Shown here one piece after another: positions 58,534-64,000 of a stretch of 64,000 nucleotides of DNA. A program made the position numbers and the translations under genes. The notes beneath the pieces are model-generated. The model saw nothing but the letters and a program-made list of their open reading frames with translations, made no database searches and was not told the DNA's origin. Numbering within the stretch: position 1 is the stretch's first letter; the number at the start of each line of letters is the position of its first letter. Source of the stretch: an uncultured delta proteobacterium (GTDB lineage: Bacteria > Desulfobacterota > Binatia > HRBIN30 > BPIQ01); assembly GCA_963761335.1 (NCBI GenBank), contig CAVXGR010000021.1, forward strand, positions 78,242-142,241, written 5' to 3'.

Positions 58534-59568
58534 CTAGTAGTCGGCGCCACCGTCGCCACCCTCTCCCACTACCTCAGCCCGGGTGTCGAATGTGCCGTCC
58601 CGATTCGGGCCTGACGACGCGCTCAAGCCGCCGTTGTCCAGCACCTGTTTCCAGCGCAGCGGTGACAGCTGTTGCGCGAGGTAGCCGGTCGGAAAGGCGG
58701 GGATCGATCCAATCCCGACCGAACCCGCAAAGGAAGCGTTGGGCCGAAAGAAGCTCTGGAAGACATGATCCCAGACGTTGAGCACCGCACCGTAATTGTG
58801 GTTGCCCTCGCGCGAGTTGGCCGAATGATGCCAGCGGTGCACGCTCGGCGAACTCCACAACCAGTCGATCCAGCGCGGCGTCCGCATGTCGATGTTGCAG
58901 TGCTGTACCTGCCCATACACGGCGCGGAAGACGAAGTACGGCCCGAGCACCTCACGCCCGGCACCCATCAGCGCCAGCGGTATCGACTCGCAGCTGATGA
59001 TCAGGAACAGATCGAGCACCTGAAAACGGGTTGCGTTGAGCCAGTACAGTCGAGTCGCCCCGTGGTGGGTGGCGTGCAGGCGCCACACCCAAGGGTTCTC
59101 GTGCGCCAGACGGTGAAAGACGTAGTGCCCGAGCTCGCCCAGAACCAGGGCGAAGGCGAGTTGCGCGAGCATGGGAGCCTGAGTCGGCCACAGCGGTCCT
59201 CCGGCTGCTCTGGCGACCCCGGCTGACAGCAGCGTCAGCGGGCCAACGATGAACGCGCGCGCCAAGCCTTGTGCGGTCGGCCCTGTCAGGCCCAGGTGCA
59301 GTGCGTCGGTGAAGATATCGCCGTGCGAGCGGTTCCATTCGGGACGATACGGAAGCAGCCGCTCGAGAATCGCGAGCAGCGGGTAGGCGATCGCGATGGC
59401 CGAGATCACGGCCACACCCGCGTACACATCTCCCGCCTGCCCAAACGAGTCCGTCGCGTAGATCCCGGGAGAGATCAGCGCGTATGCGGTGATCCCCGCA
59501 ACGACGAGCGGAAACAGCAAGTACGACGCGACGCAACGCACTGCCTCCCCGTACCATGCCCACCTCAC
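58534..59568 (-). CDS. Fatty acid hydroxylase / sterol desaturase superfamily membrane protein
   Basis: Histidine boxes HYVFHRLAH, HATHHG and HRWHH. The start is uncertain: GTG at 59568 or ATG at 59706. Confidence 0.75.
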   Translation of the reverse strand: MRWAWYGEAVRCVASYLLFPLVVAGITAYALISPGIYATDSFGQAGDVYAGVAVISAIAIAYPLLAILERLLPYRPEWNRSHGDIFTDALHLGLTGPTAQGLARAFIVGPLTLLSAGVARAAGGPLWPTQAPMLAQLAFALVLGELGHYVFHRLAHENPWVWRLHATHHGATRLYWLNATRFQVLDLFLIISCESIPLALMGAGREVLGPYFVFRAVYGQVQHCNIDMRTPRWIDWLWSSPSVHRWHHSANSREGNHNYGAVLNVWDHVFQSFFRPNASFAGSVGIGSIPAFPTGYLAQQLSPLRWKQVLDNGGLSASSGPNRDGTFDTRAEVVGEGGDGGADY

Positions 59569-59686
59569 GGCCGCCAACTCACGGCTCGTTCCGATCCGTC
59601 GTGGCAACCGATATGAGCGCCGCTCAGAGAGATCTCCGCGATCGCTGATCGGGTCGAATCGATTGTCCCGGGGCGAGGGGTGGGCT

Positions 59687-61711
59687 ATGGCATTCGCAAG
59701 CCACACGCCGGACCGACGCGCCTACATGGCCGAAGAACCCCAGTCTCGCAGACTCACCACGATCGTCGCCCTGGACGTTGCCGGCTACTCGGCGCGGACG
59801 GAAGCCGAAGAGGCCGGGAGCACCGCCGCGGTCGCGGCACTGCGGGGTGTGATCGAAGGCATCGCGGCGCCGCGCGGCGGGCGGATCTTCAACACCGCGG
59901 GCGATGGCTTCATGCTGGAGTTCGGTTCGAGCCTGGCCGCCGTCGAAGCCGCGTTCGCGCTCGCGGAACGATGCAATCCGAAGGTGCGGGTCGGCGTGCA
60001 TCTGGGGGACGTCGTCGTGCAGCCGAACGGCGATCTCCTCGGCCACGGCGTCAACGTTGCGGCGCGACTGATGGCTCGCAGCGATCCGGGCTCGGTTTTG
60101 GTGTCGGCCGACGTGCGCCGCACGATCCGAGGTCCGTTGGCCGTGGGTCGCGGGCGCGGGGCTTCCGCAGCTCGACAAGATGGCGGAGGAGATCGAGGCA
60201 TTCGCGCTGGATGCCGCCGGGTCCGCAGTCGCCGCGGCGCCGTCCAAGAGCCGCGAGGCCCTTCTCGCCGTGCGCCCCCCGACAACTTGTCGGATGATCG
60301 GGAAATGCAGTTCTTCTCGGACGGGGTATCGGAGGAGATCATCCAACGTCTGTCCCGCGGCGCCAGAATGAAGGTCATCGGGCGCACGTCGAGCTTTCAG
60401 TTTCGCGGCGCGGACAAGACGGCGCGCAAGGTTGCGAGTGAGCTCCAGTGCACCCACATCCTGGACGGCTCCATCCGCCGTGCCGGCGGGCGGGCGCGCA
60501 TCTCGGCGCATCTGGCGGAGGCGGCGGCGCAGAGGACGTGTGGTCGGACAGCATCATCCGCGGCCTCGAAGAACATGTTCGCCGTGCAGGACGAGATCGC
60601 CGAGCACATCGCGGCCGCCCTCGACCAGACCTTCACCAGCTTCTCGACAAAGGCGATCGATCCGTCGGTCTACGATCTCTATCTGCGCGCCAGCCCCAAG
60701 CTCTTACGCACCGGACGAGCTGCGGACCAGCGTCAGCCTGCTGGAGGGCGCCACGCAACGCGCCTCGCATTTCGCGGAGGCTTTGGGTCGGTTGGCAGAG
60801 GGTACGGGCCTGGCGGCGCCTCTATCAGCCCTTCCTCGACCGCGCCGCAAGCGCCGGCGCTGTGACGCGCGAGGTGGAACAGGCTCGGCACTCGATCCGC
60901 AGAACGTCGACGCCATGCTGGCGCAGCTTCTTCAGGCCCTCCTTTCGGACGGTTCATCGATGACGTCTTCGATCGTCGAACGAGACGTCGCGCCGCCGGT
61001 CTCGGTGGGGGACAAGATCGTCGGATGGTACTTGCGGACATCGGCAAGCTCCACGAGAGCCTGGAGGAAACCGAACGCGCCTATCGGCCGGACGTACTGA
61101 ACCGATGTCGGCGAATCTGCTCGGACTGGCGCGCATGGCCGCCGGCCGCGTTAAGGCCGTGCCCGATCAAGATCTGGTGGCGCGAGTGCCCAAATGAGCT
61201 TCCCGGTTGCGAACCTGCTGCGGGCCAAGGCTTCCTCGGGGACTGGGCGGCGGTCGACCCCTTGTTGGACCCCGCGGCGAAATTTCCGTGGCGCGAGTTC
61301 CAGGACGATGGCGTTCATCCGGGCCAAGCGCACCCCACGCCGGAGAATATCCGCGGCATCCAGAGCCGCTCGGCCGCGTCCCGAGCAGACCGCCTCGGTC
61401 GACGCTCGCGCCTCGTGTATGCGGCCCATCTGGGCCTCGTCGACGAAGCGTACCGGACACCGAGGTCGTCGTCTCGGCCGACGCCGACCATAGATGACAT
61501 CATGGGCTCGGACGCTACCGCACGGCGCTGTTGTTCCATGCCGGGATGCCAGAGCTGCGCAACGTTTTTCGTTCGGCCCCTGTGTGCACGTGGGGCTGGT
61601 CGAGATCTGGTTGTCCAGGGGCAGGTGGCCGATGGCTTCGATGAAGTCCCAACGACTCAGGGCCGAGTGCTACATGGCACGTCACATCCCATAGAGGAGT
61701 TCGGGTTCTGA
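59687..61711 (+). pseudogene. Class III adenylate/guanylate cyclase with a TolB-like and TPR region, disrupted by at least five frameshifts
   Basis: The cyclase domain is intact (LTTIVALDVAGYSARTE...FNTAGDGFMLEF...VRVGVHLGDVV). The downstream blocks (ALLAVRPP|DNLSDDREMQFFSDG; RISAHLAEAA|GAEDVWSDSIIRGLEE|MFAVQDEIAEHI; YLRASPKLLRT|DELRTSVSLLEGA) alternate between all three frames. Confidence 0.55.
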
Positions 61712-61782
61712 ACGCTCAGTCTCGAAGACGGCGGAGACTGCTCCGATCCAATGAGTCGCGTCCGGCACACAAGAGCAACGTC

Positions 61783-62408
61783 ATGAGCAACGTCATTTCG
61801 CTGCGTTTCGAGTCCACGCTACATGCCTCTGCCGAGAAGGTTTGGGAATGGATCACTTCGATCAGGGGCATCCGTGCCGAGATGTGGCCGTTCTTCTTCA
61901 TGACCGCGCCAAGAGGCGTTCGCTCATTGAGCGACGTCCAGATAACGCCGGGCAAGCGCATGTTTCGCAGCTACGTCTTCCTGTTCGGCATGCTGCCCGT
62001 TGACTACTCGGACATGACCTTGCTGGAGCTCAATATCGGGCAGGGGCTCATGGAGCAGTCCCCGATGGGTTCCATGAACCTGTGGCGTCACGAAAGGCAA
62101 GTTTTCCGTGCCCATCTGATCCAAGCGCGGTGGTGCTGGTCGACCAACTCACCTTTCAGCCCCGCATGGCCCGGCGCCTCGTCGGCTCGTTCATTCCCCG
62201 CGTCTTCATCCATCGGCACAAGGTTCTCAGGGCCGAGCTGGCGGTACCCAGCAGGTGCGCGCGGAGGCGAGGCAGCGTATCGATGCGTGATTTGGCAAGC
62301 CGGCGAAGTCGTTCTATAAGCGGCGCAGCGCGATTGCGACGGCGAGAGCGATGGACGCTCTCGACAAAAGGAGGATGGACATGCCTAGTGGAATGGTTGC
62401 CGGCTTGA
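61783..62408 (+). pseudogene. SRPBCC (polyketide-cyclase-like) family gene with an apparent frameshift near 62110
   Basis: The N-terminal part (MSNVISLRFESTLHASAEKVWEWITSIRG) and the C-terminal part (VVLVDQLTFQPRMARRLVG) lie in different frames. Confidence 0.4.
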
Positions 62409-62619
62409 GCAAGAGCGAGCGCATCAAGGTTGCCAAGCAGATGGATCGTCTGTGTGCGCGGACTCGAGAAGAACACCAAGTTCGTCGAGAAGATGGCGAA
62501 GCAGATGGAAGCGCTCACGCGGGCGCTCACGGGTAGCAGCTCGCGGCGGCGTCTCGCACCTCGGGATTGCTTCGACAGACCGCCTTACGCGCGTGCCCGG
62601 ACCGCGCGCCACGATGGCC

Positions 62620-64000
62620 AACCCACCAGCCGCTCCCTCGGCGCCTCTGCCAACAGCGGCGCAGACGACCGGTGCCGCAACCGCTTCGTAGGACGCAATC
62701 CGTGAGCGCGCCGAGCTGCGTGCCGCCTTGGAGGACACGCTCAGCGGATGCGGGCGGCTCATCCTGCTCGCCGGTGAGCCCGGCATCGGCAAAACGCGCC
62801 TCGCCGACGAGCTGAGCACGGAAGCCACCGCCCACGGCGCCCGTGTCGCGTGGGGGCGGTGCTGGGAAGGTGGCGGCGCACCGGCCGGGTGGCCGTGGAT
62901 TCAAATTCTGCGGTCGTTGATCTCCGCGCTCCATCCGACGAGCGCTGCGGCTCAGGGCGCATCGTTGATCCAGCTTCTGCCTGAGCTTCATCCCGCAGCG
63001 ATCCGCCGGTGGGTCCCCGGCATGGCTGCGCTCTCGGATCGCTGCCGCAGAGCGAGCGCTTTCGGCTGTTCGATGCAGTGGCAACCCGCTGCTGCGCCGC
63101 GCTGCACGGACGGCGCCGCTGGTCATCGTCTTTGATGACGGTCACCTCGCGGACCCGACTTCCCTCCTCCTGCTGCGCTTTGTCGCACGCGACCTCCGCG
63201 ACTTGCCGGTGATGATGATCGTCACCTATCGCGACATCGAGGCGCGACTCCCGTGCGCATCTGAATGAACTGATCACCGATCTCGGCCGCGAAGGCACCA
63301 CGCTCGTCCTGCAAGGTCTGGACGAGGCGGCCGTGCGCCAGTTGGTAACCACCAGCGCCGGGTATCCCCCGGAGCGGGCGACGCTGGAAACGTTACATCG
63401 CGTCACTGAAGGCAATCCGTTCTTCCTGACCGAGGTGGTCCGTTTGCTCATCGCGCAGGGGCAGCTGTCACAGATTAGTCGTGGCGGCCTCACCGCGTTC
63501 AGCATCCCCTACAGCGTACGCGGTGCCATTTGCCGCTGCGTCGCCTTGGTGTCTGCGGAAACCCGACAGGTGTTGATCGTTGCCGCAGTGATCGGCCGTG
63601 ACTTCGATCTAGCGGCGATGTGAATCGTCGGGGTGCTTGTCCGTTGAGCAGCTGACGGTGGCGCTCGATGAAGCGGGAACCTGCGGCATCATTGCCCTGC
63701 TCAGCGACGGCATCGGACGCTATCGCTTCACGCACGCCCTCATCCGAGAGACGCTGTACGATGATCTACCGAAAGCGGAGCGACGCGCGCTGCATCTGCG
63801 TATTGCAGACATCACCGAAACCGTGCATGCCGCGGACTTCGAGCTCCACCTCAGTGAGCTGGCGTATCACTACTGGCAGGCGCTACCCGTCGGACCGATC
63901 GAGAAGGCTTTCATGTACGCGCGCCGCGGCGCCGAACACGTCTAACGCCTTGCTCGCCTATCAGGAAGCCGGGCGGCTGTGCGAGATGGCGATCGAAGCG
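62620..64000 (+). pseudogene. AAA-ATPase (AAA_16) plus TPR transcriptional-regulator-like gene, multiply frameshifted, continuing past the window end
   Basis: Blocks FVGR|ERAELRAALEDTLSGCGRLILLAGEPGIGKTRLADEL|...SERFRLFDAVA...|LVIVFDDGHLADPTSLLLLRFVARDLRDLPVMMIVTYRD|...NPFFLTEVVRLL... are spread over three frames. Confidence 0.5.

Overview
This is a 64-kb bacterial chromosomal window with very high GC content (about 68-70%). Many long ORFs in the six-frame track are antisense artefacts of the GC bias, so I chose the coding strand by motif content. I support about 55 protein genes. My guess, by inference only, is a Myxococcota/Binatota-like Gram-negative genome, because one secreted protein carries Myxococcus-type cysteine-rich repeats.

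Genes in order:
- A GH1 beta-glucosidase, a NUDIX hydrolase and a DsbA-like oxidoreductase.
- A secreted right-handed beta-helix protein with CGNG...CDDGN cysteine-rich repeats.
- A TetR-controlled minus-strand string: FAD monooxygenase, GST, AhpD-like protein, NnrU, a frameshifted SGNH hydrolase and a small membrane protein.
- A 5'-truncated, frameshifted ECF sigma factor remnant, then an LLM/F420-type oxidoreductase.
- A GT-C-like membrane protein followed by crcB and a DUF190 gene, a second TetR, and class II ribonucleotide reductase nrdJ.
- A DUF721 (DciA-like) gene, dprA, a YbbN/CnoX-like thioredoxin-TPR gene, and a secreted dockerin-like/PbH1/IPT protein.
- A polar amino-acid ABC transporter (ATPase plus fused binding-protein/permease) translationally coupled to tadA.
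- A MaoC hot-dog pair, a HEAT-repeat protein, an LplA-like ligase, ilvD, a GHMP kinase and a rhodanese lipoprotein.
- A tandem pair of roughly 1,100-1,200-aa secreted proteins that fuse an N-terminal beta-propeller-like region to a di-haem (2x CxxCH) cytochrome c peroxidase/MauG-like domain. This is the most unusual locus. The two proteins end in a C-terminal module of about 150 aa that recurs at the end of the beta-helix protein, so three secreted proteins share it.
- An acyl-CoA/aromatic-acid-type cluster: HSD10-like SDR, amidohydrolase-2, enoyl-CoA hydratase, TerB-like protein, P450, isochorismatase, two family III CoA-transferases and two PaaK-like CoA ligases.
- A VapBC toxin-antitoxin pair and a fatty-acid hydroxylase.
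- A decayed 3' region holding a multiply frameshifted class III adenylate cyclase, a frameshifted SRPBCC gene and a frameshifted AAA-ATPase/TPR regulator.

Repeats and RNA genes:
- Two MITE-like families with two copies each. One is a palindrome of about 245 bp sitting in two divergent promoter regions. The other is about 120 bp with terminal inverted repeats.
- A 72-75-bp inverted-repeat family placed just after gene stops, clusters of GC-rich REP-like hairpins, and a perfect 37-bp inverted repeat upstream of dprA.
- A palindromic heptanucleotide tandem array, (GGTTGTT)n followed by (AACMACC)n, that supplies the ilvD stop codon.
- I did not recognise any rRNA, tRNA or CRISPR array.
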